This document shows positions 44,961-56,391 of a stretch of 64,000 nt of DNA, one piece after another. A model generated the notes under the pieces. That model saw nothing but the letters and a program-made list of their open reading frames with translations, was not told the origin of the DNA and did no database searches. The position numbers and the translations under genes are program-made. Positions within the stretch are counted from its first letter, which is position 1, and every line of letters begins with the position of its first letter. This stretch comes from Cellvibrionales bacterium (GTDB lineage: Bacteria > Pseudomonadota > Gammaproteobacteria > Pseudomonadales > Halieaceae): assembly GCA_043513815.1 (NCBI GenBank), contig CP121313.1, forward strand, positions 4,054,783 to 4,118,782, in the 5' to 3' direction.

Positions 44961-45746
44961 ATGAAAAACCACCAGCCCCGCAAGCGCTTCGGGCAGAACT
45001 TCCTGCACGACGCCGGCGTCATAGATCGCATCATCAGCAGTATTGCCCCCCGACCCGGGCAACATCTGGTGGAAATCGGCCCCGGCCAGGGCGCCCTGAC
45101 CGAGGGACTGCTGGCCAGTGGCGCGCGACTGGACGTGGTGGAACTCGATCGCGACCTGGTGCCGCAACTGCAATCCCGCTTTGGCCACCAGGCACAGTTT
45201 CGCCTGCACCAGGGTGATGCGCTCAAACTCGATTTCAGCACCCTCGCTGATGACAGCAAACTTCGCGTGGTCGGCAACCTGCCCTACAACATTTCCACGC
45301 CGCTGATTTTTCACCTGTTGTCCTTCGCCGGTCTCATCGAGGACATGCACTTCATGCTGCAGCGCGAGGTCGTCCAGCGCCTTGCCGCCGAGCCTGGCAA
45401 CAAGTCCTGGGGCAAGCTGGGCGTGATGGCCCAGTACCACTGCGCGGTGGATGCCCTGTTCGACGTCGCGCCGGGTGCATTTCACCCGCCGCCCAAGGTA
45501 GTCTCCGCCATCGTCCGCCTGCGTCCGCGCGGCGCAGCGGTGGACGTGGACAGGGAACAACGCTTGCGACGCGTGGTCAGCGCGGCCTTCGCCCAGCGTC
45601 GAAAAACTCTGCGCAACACCTTGCGCGATCTGGTTGACGTGCAACAATTGGAACAGCTCGGGATATCCCCGACCGCGAGGGCGGAAACTCTGACCCTGGA
45701 ACAGTTCCTTGCCATCGCCGATGCGCTGGCTGCCAACAACGAGTAG
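44961..45746 (+). CDS. rsmA: 16S rRNA (adenine1518/1519-N6)-dimethyltransferase
   Basis: 261 aa. KRFGQNFL.D, EIGPG.GALT, GNLPYNISTP. Confidence 0.95.
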   Translation: MKNHQPRKRFGQNFLHDAGVIDRIISSIAPRPGQHLVEIGPGQGALTEGLLASGARLDVVELDRDLVPQLQSRFGHQAQFRLHQGDALKLDFSTLADDSKLRVVGNLPYNISTPLIFHLLSFAGLIEDMHFMLQREVVQRLAAEPGNKSWGKLGVMAQYHCAVDALFDVAPGAFHPPPKVVSAIVRLRPRGAAVDVDREQRLRRVVSAAFAQRRKTLRNTLRDLVDVQQLEQLGISPTARAETLTLEQFLAIADALAANNE

Positions 45747-45767
45747 GCGACGACAACAAGACACGGT

Positions 45768-46571
45768 ATGGCAACGTATGCTGTAGGGGACATCCAGGGC
45801 TGCCTTGAACCTTTGAAGTGCCTGTTAAAAAAGGTCAAGTTCAACTGGGATCGCGATCGCCTGTGGATGGTCGGCGACCTGGTCAATCGCGGACCAGACT
45901 CCCTTCGTACCCTGCGCTTCGTCTACAAGCGCCGCGACAACATTACCTGCGTACTGGGCAATCACGACCTGCACCTGCTGGCGGTGGCCAGCGGCCTGCG
46001 CAAAAAAGGGCGCTCTGACACGCTGGACAAGATTCTCATTGCCCACGACCGTGACGAACTGCTGCGCTGGCTGCGCCATCGGCCGCTGATACACACTGAG
46101 GATGAACACACGCTGGTGCATGCGGGTATCCCGCACATCTGGTCTTTGGAGGAGGCTCACGAGTACGCTGCCGAAGTAGAGGCCGCCCTGCGCGGCCCTG
46201 AGTGGCGCAAGTTCCTGTCGCGTATGTACGGCAATTCCCCGCGCCGTTGGAATGATGCGCTGTCGGGTTACCCCCGTCTCCGAACCATCACCAATTATCT
46301 GACGCGCATGCGCTTCCTGTACGCCAATGGCCAGCTCGACCTGCAGAGCAAGGGCCTGGTACCCAACCCCGGTCGGAACGTAGCGCCCTGGTTCAGCTAC
46401 ACCCAACGGGAGACCCATGACCAGAACATCATCTTCGGTCACTGGGCAGCCTTGCAGGGCGAAGCCCGAGGCGACCATCTGTTCGCAATGGATACCGGCT
46501 GCGTATGGGGCCAGTCCATGTCGATGTACTGCCTGGACACCGGCGAGTGGCACAGCTGCGACTGTTCCTGA
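45768..46571 (+). CDS. apaH: bis(5'-nucleosyl)-tetraphosphatase (symmetrical)
   Basis: 267 aa. MATYAVGDIQGC, GDLVNRGP, GNHD, and GH metallophosphatase motifs. No apaG lies between rsmA and apaH here. Confidence 0.93.
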   Translation: MATYAVGDIQGCLEPLKCLLKKVKFNWDRDRLWMVGDLVNRGPDSLRTLRFVYKRRDNITCVLGNHDLHLLAVASGLRKKGRSDTLDKILIAHDRDELLRWLRHRPLIHTEDEHTLVHAGIPHIWSLEEAHEYAAEVEAALRGPEWRKFLSRMYGNSPRRWNDALSGYPRLRTITNYLTRMRFLYANGQLDLQSKGLVPNPGRNVAPWFSYTQRETHDQNIIFGHWAALQGEARGDHLFAMDTGCVWGQSMSMYCLDTGEWHSCDCS

Positions 46572-46584
46572 ATAATCCCTGATC

Positions 46585-47655
46585 ATGGACACCTATCTGG
46601 TAGGCGGTGCGGTGCGCGACCGGCTTCTTGGGCTGCCCGTGCGCGAGCGCGACTGGGTGGTTGTCGGTGCCAGCCCGCAACAGCTGCTCGACCAGGGCTT
46701 TCGCCAGGTGGGCCGCGATTTCCCGGTATTCCTGCACCCGCAGAGCAACGAGGAATACGCCCTCGCCCGCACCGAGCGCAAGGCCGGCCGCGGCCACACC
46801 GGCTTCACCGTTCACAGCGACCCCTCAGTCACTCTGGAAGAAGACCTGCTGCGGCGCGACCTGACCGTTAATGCCATAGCTGAGTCCGCAGACGGCGACC
46901 TGATAGACCCCTACGACGGTCAGTCAGACCTGGAGTCCCGGATACTGCGCCACGTCTCGCCCGCCTTTGTGGAGGACCCGCTGCGGGTGCTGCGGGTGGC
47001 GCGCTTCGCCGCCTATCTGCACCACCTCGGATTCAGGGTCGCAGACGAGACACTGTCACTGATGCGCAGCCTGTCTGAAAGCGGCGAGCTGGCGACGCTC
47101 TCCGCAGAACGCATCTGGAGTGAGTTGGCCCGGGCCCTGCAGACCCCGAACCCTGAGTCGTTTTTCAGGGTGCTGGACGCCTGCGGCGCGACGCAGGCGC
47201 TGCTGCCGGAACTGGACCTTGAGCACTCACTGGCGCGCCTGACCCAGGCCGCCGGCGCCAGCGCCAGGCCGGAGATCAGGTTTGCCGCGCTGTGCTCGGG
47301 GCTTGCAGAGCAGGAGTTGGCATCCCTGTGCCAGCGGCTCAATGCACCGAAGCGCTTCAGCGAACTGGCGGCACACTGGGCCCTGCTCGAAAACAGTCTG
47401 GCGCAACCGGCCAGCCTCAATGCCAGCGAGCGCCTGCAGGTGCTGGAGCGCAGCGATGCCTTCCGACGACCGGAGCGATTCGATGACCTGCTGGAGTCAC
47501 TGCTGGCCCTGTATCCGGAGGCTGATGCAGACTACTGGCGCGCTGCCCTGCAGAAATGCCAGTCGATAGACGCCGCCGCCATTGCAGCTACCGGCATTGC
47601 GGGCCATCAGATTGGTGCCCGACTGCGTGCCGAGCGGGAACAGCTGCTGGACTGA
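46585..47655 (+). CDS. cca: CCA-adding tRNA nucleotidyltransferase (class II) with a degenerate HD region
   Basis: 356 aa. MDTYLVGGAVRD.LLG, DWVVVG, GRDFPVFLHP, and RTERK motifs. It is shorter than the roughly 410-aa E. coli/Pseudomonas enzymes, and the LCHDLGK motif is replaced by LCSGLAE. Confidence 0.88.
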   Translation: MDTYLVGGAVRDRLLGLPVRERDWVVVGASPQQLLDQGFRQVGRDFPVFLHPQSNEEYALARTERKAGRGHTGFTVHSDPSVTLEEDLLRRDLTVNAIAESADGDLIDPYDGQSDLESRILRHVSPAFVEDPLRVLRVARFAAYLHHLGFRVADETLSLMRSLSESGELATLSAERIWSELARALQTPNPESFFRVLDACGATQALLPELDLEHSLARLTQAAGASARPEIRFAALCSGLAEQELASLCQRLNAPKRFSELAAHWALLENSLAQPASLNASERLQVLERSDAFRRPERFDDLLESLLALYPEADADYWRAALQKCQSIDAAAIAATGIAGHQIGARLRAEREQLLD

Positions 47656-47656
47656 C

Positions 47657-48190
47657 TCAGTCGGCTGCAGGTCCGGGAGTCATCAGCGGCAGGCTGCGGC
47701 CAGCCCAGTCAAAATTCACCACGCGCAGCGCCTGCATGTCACCGGACAGACGCTGCCAGAGGGCGGCAAAACTCTCGCTGCTGCCCGGCAGCAGCACGTC
47801 AGGGGCAAGCTCTGCCAGCGGCGCCAGCACATAGGCGTTTTCAAGGATTTCCGCCCGCGGCAATTCAATACCTTCAAGCCAGCCGCAGTGATCGCCATAG
47901 CAGAGAATATCCAGGTCCAGGGTGCGCGAGCTGAAGCGCGTGGCGTCACGGGGCCGGCCCATGCGATATTCCATTTGCCGCAGGTAGCGAGCCAGCGAAT
48001 CCAGTGTGATATGGACATCGATCTCCAGGACAAGGTTATAAAACGCGGGGCCATCAAAACCCAGGGCCGCGCTTTCATACACCGAGGACACCCGCTTGAG
48101 GCCGAATTCAGCCTGCAGATTGTCGAGGCCTGTACAGATGTTGGCTGCGCGGTCGATATTGCTGCCGACACCCAGAAAAACCCGTGTCAT
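47657..48190 (-). CDS. folK: 2-amino-4-hydroxy-6-hydroxymethyldihydropteridine diphosphokinase
   Basis: 177 aa. FLGVGSNI, RTLDLDIL, and PH... motifs. ATGA-type overlap with folB. Confidence 0.9.
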   Translation of the reverse strand: MTRVFLGVGSNIDRAANICTGLDNLQAEFGLKRVSSVYESAALGFDGPAFYNLVLEIDVHITLDSLARYLRQMEYRMGRPRDATRFSSRTLDLDILCYGDHCGWLEGIELPRAEILENAYVLAPLAELAPDVLLPGSSESFAALWQRLSGDMQALRVVNFDWAGRSLPLMTPGPAAD

Positions 48191-48543
48191 GACGCCGCGC
48201 CGCGCTCGATCTGCACACCCACCTGCCGGGCGGTTGGCACGGCCCCCGGCTTGCCAACTTTCAGGCGCAGCCAGCGAACGCCAAACTCACGCTGGATCAT
48301 GGCCGCTGTTTCTTCGGCCAGGGTCTCCAGCAGGCGATAGCGACCACTGCGGATAAAACCGCTGACCCGCTCGGCGAGGCCCGCATAGTCGACGGTCAGT
48401 TCGATATCGTCGGTGGCTGCCACCGCGGCCACATCCACGGCCACCTCCAGTTGTAGCAGCAGGCGTTGCGGCACCTCTCGTTCCCATGGGTGGATGCCGA
48501 TGATGGTCTCCACCACCAGGTCATTGAGAAACACGCGATCCAT
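48187..48543 (-). CDS. folB: dihydroneopterin aldolase
   Basis: 118 aa from the ATG at 48543 (MDRVFLNDLVVETIIGIHPWER). The longer track ORF would overlap tsaD. Confidence 0.9.
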   Translation of the reverse strand: MDRVFLNDLVVETIIGIHPWEREVPQRLLLQLEVAVDVAAVAATDDIELTVDYAGLAERVSGFIRSGRYRLLETLAEETAAMIQREFGVRWLRLKVGKPGAVPTARQVGVQIERGAAS

Positions 48544-48544
48544 C

Positions 48545-49585
48545 TCAGGCCGCCCGGGACGCGCCGCCCAGGGGCGGCAATTCGTCCAACGGCCAGCGCG
48601 GCCGCACCGGCGTCTCAGCCGGATCAACCTCGCCGGCCAACAGTCGCTGACAACCGGCATAGGCGATCATGGCGCCGTTGTCCGTGCAATAGCGCAGCCC
48701 CGGGTAGAACACCTGGCCACCCCGCTGTGCGAGAGCGTCCTTGAGCTGCCGGCGCAGCTCTTTGTTGGCGCTGACGCCGCCGGCGATTACCAGGGTATCG
48801 AGCCCTTCCTGGTCCAGCGCCCGCAGGCATTTGATCACCAGGGTATCCACCACCGCCTGCTGAAATGCAAAAGCAATATCGGCGCGGGTCTGCTCATCGA
48901 CCTGCTCACGTCCACCGGCTGACTCCAGCGTGGTGAGAGTGTGGGTCTTGAGACCGCTGAAGCTGAAATCCAGTCCCGGCTTGGCAGTCATCGGCCTGGG
49001 AAACTTGAAGCGGGAAGGGTTTCCGGCCTCTGCCAGTCGCGCCACATGGGGACCGCCCGGGTAGGGCTCGCCCAGCATCTTGGCGGTCTTGTCGAAAGCC
49101 TCACCGGCGGCGTCGTCCACCGATTCCCCCAGCAGCTTGTAGAGACCGATGCCGTCCACCCGCACCAGTTGGGTATGCCCCCCGGACACCAGCAGGGCCA
49201 CGAAGGGGTAGTCGGGGCGGTCCGCCTCCAACATGGGCGCCAACAGGTGGCCCTCCATATGGTGTACCCCAAGCGCCGGAATCCCCCAGCCCAGGGCCAG
49301 GGATCGCGCCAGGGTTGCACCCACCATCAGCGCGCCCACCAGGCCCGGGCCGGCGGTGTAAGCAATCGCGTCGGGACGGTCGCAGCCCGCCTCTGCCAGT
49401 ACCTGCTGCACCAACGGCAGCGTCTTGCGAACATGATCGCGCGAGGCCAGCTCCGGCACCACGCCGCCGTACTCGCGGTGGACGTCGACCTGGCTGTACA
49501 GGGCATCCGCCAGCAGGCCCAGCTCGCTGTCGTACAGCGCTACGCCGGTCTCGTCACAGGAGGTCTCCAGGCCTAGTACACGCAT
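48545..49585 (-). CDS. tsaD: tRNA N6-adenosine threonylcarbamoyltransferase
   Basis: 346 aa from [23 protein letters not shown] and GGVSAN motifs. Confidence 0.95.
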
Positions 49586-49678
49586 GATTCGGGTTCCGGG
49601 TGGGTAAGAGGCGGGATAATAATGGACGGTCCGGCAACAGACCAGTTTGATGGACCCATTCAAGGCTTGATTATAGCT

Positions 49679-49707
49679 TTGCAATCTCACCGGCTTGGGT
49701 ATAAAAT
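49679..49707 (+). promoter_or_regulatory. candidate sigma-70 promoter of the rpsU-dnaG-rpoD operon (TTGCAA-17-TAAAAT)
   Basis: Near-consensus hexamers with a 17-nt spacer, 74 nt upstream of the rpsU ATG in the tsaD/rpsU divergent region. Motif-only call. Confidence 0.5.
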
Positions 49708-49780
49708 GCGCGCCCTTTGTGGTTGGAGGCCCTGTAATCCGCGGCCTGCAGCGAAAATTACTGGATTAGGTGGTTACTGA

Positions 49781-49996
49781 ATGCCCTCTGTGAAGATCAA
49801 GGAAAACGAGCCGTTTGATATCGCGCTCCGTCGCTTCAAGCGCTCCTGCGAAAAAGCTGGCGTACTGGCTGAAGTTCGCAAGCGCGAGCACTACGAGAAG
49901 CCCACGACTGTGCGCAAGCGTGCAGCTGCCGCTGCCGTGAAGCGTCACGCCAAGAAGATGTCCCGGGAAAACAAGAAGCGCGTTCGCCTTTACTAA
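49781..49996 (+). CDS. rpsU: 30S ribosomal protein S21
   Basis: 71 aa. [27 protein letters not shown]. Confidence 0.97.
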
Positions 49997-50017
49997 GCTC
50001 AGCGAACCAGCTCACCC

Positions 50018-50473
50018 ATGAGCGCATCTCCCCTCAAGGACGACATTCAGGCCGCGATGAAAGCGGCCATGCGGGCCAGGGATAAAGCCCGTCTCCAGAC
50101 CATTCGCCTTATGCAGGCAGAATTCAAGCGCATAGAAGTTGATGAGCGCATCGAACTCGATGACGCTCGTGTGCTTGCCGTACTGGACAAAATGGTCAAG
50201 CAGCGCCGCGATTCCGCCCAGCAATTCCTGGACGCCGGCCGCACAGAACTGGCCGATCAGGAAAACTTCGAGATTGGCGTTATCCAGGAGTTCCTGCCCC
50301 AGCCACTTTCGGACGCAGAAATTGTCGCCCTTATCGATGAGGCCGTTGCCAGCGTCGATGCCGAAGGCATGCAGGCGATGGGGCCGGTCATGGGCCAGCT
50401 CAAACCGAAACTGCAGGGCCGGGCCGATATGGGTCAGGTCAGCGGCCTGGTCAAGCAGCGCCTGCAGGGCTGA
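50018..50473 (+). CDS. GatB/YqeY domain protein
   Basis: 151 aa. L..D...AMKA.D..RL...R......K..EVD pattern and the usual position between rpsU and dnaG. Confidence 0.9.
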   Translation: MSASPLKDDIQAAMKAAMRARDKARLQTIRLMQAEFKRIEVDERIELDDARVLAVLDKMVKQRRDSAQQFLDAGRTELADQENFEIGVIQEFLPQPLSDAEIVALIDEAVASVDAEGMQAMGPVMGQLKPKLQGRADMGQVSGLVKQRLQG

Positions 50474-50586
50474 CCGACAGACAGCCTCCCAGCTGGCCAC
50501 CAGCCAGCTACACTGTCCAAAGCAATCCCTATAAACATTCCCGGACGAGCGTGATTCAATAACGCGCTCTGCATAACAGTGAGCAC

Positions 50587-52398
<1,812 letters not shown>

Positions 52399-52727
52399 GC
52401 CAGGGCGAAAACACTGGCCCCGTTATGAAGGCCTGGCTACAGAGGTCTTAGCCGCTTTCCCCGGCACCAGCTCGCACGCCATGGTTTGCAAAGCGCGGCT
52501 TGCACACAAAAGGTATGCTGCGGACGACACCCGAAATTAGCCCGAAGCAACCGCAGAAACGCGGCATAAAAAGGAATAGGGCGTTAATTCCAATTGGCTA
52601 TTTTATAGCCGATTAATGTGTTTTCCGGTTATAATGCTCGATTGCATTTTTTATTTTGAATCTGCGGGCAACGCTTTACTACACTGAAAGCTTGCCGGCC
52701 AGAACAACTTGTGAAGGTACCCACTGC

Positions 52728-54548
52728 ATGAATGACGTGGTTCAACAACAATCCCGTCTCAAAGAACTGATTTCCAAAGGCAAGGAACAGGGCTTCCTGA
52801 CCTATGCCGAAGTCAATGACCACCTCCCGGAAGACATCTCTGATCCGGATCAGGTAGAAGACATCATCCAGATGATCAACGACATGGGCATCCAGGTGTT
52901 CGAGGTAGCCCCGGACGCTGATACTCTGCTGATCACCGAGGGCGACTCCTCCGCTGATGACGTGGTGGCCGCCGAAGCCGCCGCAGCACTGGCAGCGGTT
53001 GAGACCGAAGCCGGCCGCACCACGGACCCGGTGCGCATGTATATGCGCGAAATGGGTACGGTAGAGCTGCTGACCCGTGAAGGCGAGATCGTTATCGCCA
53101 AGCGGATCGAGGAAGGTATTCGCGAGCTGATGGCCGCGCTGGCCTACTACCCCGGCGCCGTCCGCTCCATTCTCGACGAATACGACAAGGTCGCCAGCGA
53201 AGAGCGTCGCCTGTCCGACATCCTGGTGGGTTATCTGGACCCGGCCGAGCACGTGCCTTCGGCCGCCGAAGTGGCAGCCGCACAGGAAGCGAAAAACAAC
53301 GGCGACAACGATGATGACGACGACGAGGCAGATACCGGCCCTGACCCGGTAGAAGCGAAGAAACGCTTCACCGCCATCAAGCGCGCCTGCAACAAGGCGG
53401 ACAAGTCCATCGCCAAGGAAGGACGGGACGGCAAAACGGCCCAGAAAGACCTGGAGAAGCTGGCCGAACTGTTCAAGTTCCTCAAGCTGACGCCCCGGGT
53501 ATTTGATCCGCTGACCGAGGAAGCCCGCGGCACTCTGCTGCAGGTACGCAACCTGGAACGCGAGATCATGCTGATCTGCGTGAAGGCCTGCGGCATGCCG
53601 CGCATGGAGTTCATCAAGAGCTTCCAGGGCTCCGAGTCCGACCTGCGCTGGCTTAGCAAGCATACCCGCTCCAAGAAAGACTACGCCGCCAGGCTGTCCG
53701 CTGAAAAAGACAATATCCAGCGCGCCCAGCGCAAGCTGCAGGCTGTCGAAGAAAACGCCGACCTGACGGTTACTGAGATCAAAGAGATCAACCGCCGTAT
53801 GTCCATGGGTGAGGCCCGGGCGCGGCGCGCCAAGAAGGAAATGGTAGAAGCCAACCTCCGCCTTGTGATTTCTATTGCCAAGAAATACACCAACCGCGGC
53901 CTGCAGTTCCTCGACCTGATTCAGGAGGGCAACATTGGCCTGATGAAGGCAGTGGACAAGTTTGAATACCGTCGCGGATACAAGTTTTCGACCTACGCGA
54001 CCTGGTGGATCCGTCAGGCCATCACCCGCTCCATCGCCGACCAGGCGCGCACCATCCGTATTCCGGTACATATGATTGAAACGATCAACAAGCTCAACCG
54101 TATCTCCCGCCAAATGTTGCAGGAGATGGGCCGGGAGCCCACGCCTGAAGAATTGGGCGAGCGCATGGAAATGCCGGAAGACAAAGTACGCAAGGTGCTG
54201 AAGATCGCCAAGGAACCCATCTCCATGGAAACGCCGATAGGCGATGATGAAGATTCGCACCTGGGTGACTTTATCGAGGACGCCACCATCGAGTCTCCGG
54301 TCGACTCTGCCACAGGCTCTGGCCTGCACGAGGCCACCAAGGATGTGCTTGCCGGCCTGACAGCCCGCGAAGCCAAGGTGCTACGCATGCGTTTCGGTAT
54401 CGACATGAACACAGACCACACGCTGGAAGAAGTGGGCAAGCAGTTTGACGTAACCCGTGAGCGCATTCGACAGATAGAGGCCAAGGCCCTTCGCAAGCTG
54501 CGTCATCCGACCCGTTCGGATCACCTGCGCAGCTTCCTGGACGAATAG
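52728..54548 (+). CDS. rpoD: RNA polymerase sigma-70 factor RpoD
   Basis: 606 aa from the ATG at 52728 ([15 protein letters not shown]). Acidic non-conserved region, then regions 2-4 ([48 protein letters not shown]; [27 protein letters not shown]). Confidence 0.97.
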
Positions 54549-54570
54549 GCATCGGCCGGACAATGCCTGA

Positions 54571-55068
54571 ATGAGCGAGGCGTCAGCGGTATTAGGTCGG
54601 GTTCTGGTAGTCGATGATGACCGCGGCCTTCTCTCTATCATCAAGGGCATCCTCTGCAAAGACTACGATGTGACGCTCGCCTCCAGCGGCTCCGAGGCCC
54701 TGGAGGCGCTAGCAGAAAGCGGTGCCGACCTGGTGCTGCTGGACATCATGATGCCGGACATGGATGGCCTGGAGGTCTGCAAGCAGATCAAGGCCAACGC
54801 CGACACGGCTGACCTGCCGGTCATCTTCCTTACCGGCATGGAAGACGAGGACGCCGAAGAAGACGCCCTCGACGCCGGTGGCGCCGACTTTATCTCCAAA
54901 CCCATCCGGCCTCGCATTCTCGAAACCCGTGTCCGCATGCAAATGCAGAACTATCTGTACCTGCAGTTTCTGGAAAAGATGCTGCGCGAGAAGAGCACCT
55001 CCCTGGAGCGAGTACGCGCCGAAACCGCAGACCTTCTCAAGTCCATTGGCCTGACCGCCAGCAAGTAA
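54571..55068 (+). CDS. stand-alone response regulator (receiver domain plus short helical tail)
   Basis: 165 aa. DDD acidic pocket, phospho-acceptor LLDIMMPDMDG, FLTG, and SKP. No DNA-binding or enzymatic output domain. Starts 22 nt after the rpoD stop. Confidence 0.85.
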   Translation: MSEASAVLGRVLVVDDDRGLLSIIKGILCKDYDVTLASSGSEALEALAESGADLVLLDIMMPDMDGLEVCKQIKANADTADLPVIFLTGMEDEDAEEDALDAGGADFISKPIRPRILETRVRMQMQNYLYLQFLEKMLREKSTSLERVRAETADLLKSIGLTASK

Positions 55069-55088
55069 TCCCCCCGACCGGAGATCCC

Positions 55089-56237
55089 ATGAGCAACTTG
55101 TTTGCGCCGCTTCCCTTTGCCTCGGGCAAGACCATGAAGAACCGCTTCATGCTGGCGCCGCTGACCAATCTGCAGAGTCACGACAACGGCGTACTGTCTG
55201 ACGACGAGTACCGCTGGCTGACCATGCGCGCCGAGGGCGACTTTGGGGCCACCATGACCTGCGCCTCTCATGTGCAGGCGGCCGGCAAGGGTTTCCCCGG
55301 CCAGCTGGGCTGCTTTTCCGATGAGCACCTCGAAGGGCTGACCCGATTGGCCAGCGGCATACGCGCCCATGACAGCCTGGCACTGCTGCAGCTGCACCAC
55401 GCCGGCATGCGCTCACCGGAAGAAGAAATCGGCCAGCGGCCCCTGTGCCCCTCGGACAACGAAGAAACCGGTGCCAGGGCAATGACCTCCGAGGAGGTCC
55501 AGCAGGTGCGTGAGGACTTCCTCGCCGCCGCCCGCCGCGCCGAACGGGCCGGCTTTGACGGCGTCGAACTGCACGGCGCTCACGGCTACCTGTTGTGCCA
55601 GTTCCTGAGCCCCACCATCAATCAGCGCCAGGACGAGTACGGCGGCAGTCTCGAAAACCGCGCACGGCTGATTCTCGAACTGATCGACGGCGTACGGGAG
55701 CAGTGCGCCCCGGATTTCGTCCTCGGCCTGCGTTTGTCACCGGAGCGCTTTGATATTCGCCTGGGTGAAATGCAGGAGCTGGCCCAGGAACTGTTCCACC
55801 GGGGCCAGATAGATTTCCTCGACATGTCCCTGTGGGACTCTTTCAAGAAACCCGCTGAGGGCTCTTTCAAACAACCCGCTGAGGGCTCTTTCAAACAACC
55901 CGCTGAGGGCTCTTTCAAACAACCCGCAGAGGAGGGATTCAAGGGCCGCACCCTGCTGTCCTGCTTTACCGAACTCAACCGCGGCAGCGTCAAGCTGGGT
56001 ACCGCCGGCAAGATTCGCTCGGGCGAGGACGCCCGCCGCTGCCTCGAGGCCGGCGCCGACTTCGTGCTGCCGGGTCGTGCCGCCATCCTGCACCATGACT
56101 TCCCACGCTGCGTGGCCGCCAATGACAGCTTCGCACCCGTGCCCAACCCGGTCACCAGGGACTACCTGCGCAGCCAGGGCCTGGGCGAGAAGTTCGTGGA
56201 ATACATGGCCGGCTGGGGCGGATTTGTAGAGGAATAA
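55089..56237 (+). CDS. NADH:flavin oxidoreductase (Old Yellow Enzyme family) carrying an internal tandem repeat
   Basis: 382 aa. MLAPLTN, LQLHHAG, FDGVELHGAHGYLL.QFLSP..N.R.DEYGGSLENR. The repeat insert PAEGSFKQ x3 lies in a barrel loop. Confidence 0.88.
   Translation: MSNLFAPLPFASGKTMKNRFMLAPLTNLQSHDNGVLSDDEYRWLTMRAEGDFGATMTCASHVQAAGKGFPGQLGCFSDEHLEGLTRLASGIRAHDSLALLQLHHAGMRSPEEEIGQRPLCPSDNEETGARAMTSEEVQQVREDFLAAARRAERAGFDGVELHGAHGYLLCQFLSPTINQRQDEYGGSLENRARLILELIDGVREQCAPDFVLGLRLSPERFDIRLGEMQELAQELFHRGQIDFLDMSLWDSFKKPAEGSFKQPAEGSFKQPAEGSFKQPAEEGFKGRTLLSCFTELNRGSVKLGTAGKIRSGEDARRCLEAGADFVLPGRAAILHHDFPRCVAANDSFAPVPNPVTRDYLRSQGLGEKFVEYMAGWGGFVEE
55851..55922 (+). repeat. perfect 24-bp tandem repeat x3 (CCCGCTGAGGGCTCTTTCAAACAA) inside the OYE gene
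   Basis: Three identical in-frame units read directly, flanked by degenerate copies at about 55835-55850 and 55923-55946. Confidence 0.95.
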
Positions 56238-56253
56238 TCGGCGTCCGGAAAGA

Positions 56254-56282
56254 GTGACGCTCCCGGTGGCGCGCACTATAAT
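56254..56282 (+). promoter_or_regulatory. candidate tRNA promoter (GTGACG-17-TATAAT with a GC-rich discriminator)
   Basis: A perfect -10 hexamer lies 33 nt upstream of the mature tRNA 5' end, followed by GCGCCGC. The short leader contains the hairpin CTGCC-GCAA-GGCAG. Confidence 0.45.
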
Positions 56283-56314
56283 GCGCCGCTCACCTGCCGC
56301 AAGGCAGCGCACAG

Positions 56315-56391
56315 GGGCCCATAGCTCAGCTGGTTAGAGCAGTCGACTCATAATCGATTGGTCGTAGGTTCAAGTCCTACTGGGCCCACCA
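56315..56391 (+). tRNA. ileX: tRNA with CAU anticodon, most likely tRNA-Ile2 (lysidine-modified, ileX-like); would be labelled tRNA-Met by anticodon alone
   Basis: 77 nt cloverleaf:
- Acceptor GGGCCCA/TGGGCCC.
- D arm GCTC-AGCTGGTTA-GAGC.
- Anticodon stem GTCGA/TCGAT with loop CTCATAA.
- T arm GTAGG-TTCAAGT-CCTAC.
- A73 and an encoded CCA.

C4:G69, C5:G68 and the G27:U43 wobble match what I recall of E. coli tRNA-Ile2 TilS determinants. The overall sequence resembles E. coli ileX more than metT. Confidence 0.93.

Noticed and set aside
47648-47664. Perfect palindrome GACTGA-C-TCAGTC spanning the stops of the convergent cca and folK genes.
   Set aside because: It is simply two TGA stop codons facing each other 1 nt apart with symmetric flanks. 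The stem is too short and has no loop, so it cannot act as a terminator. It is noted only as a curiosity.
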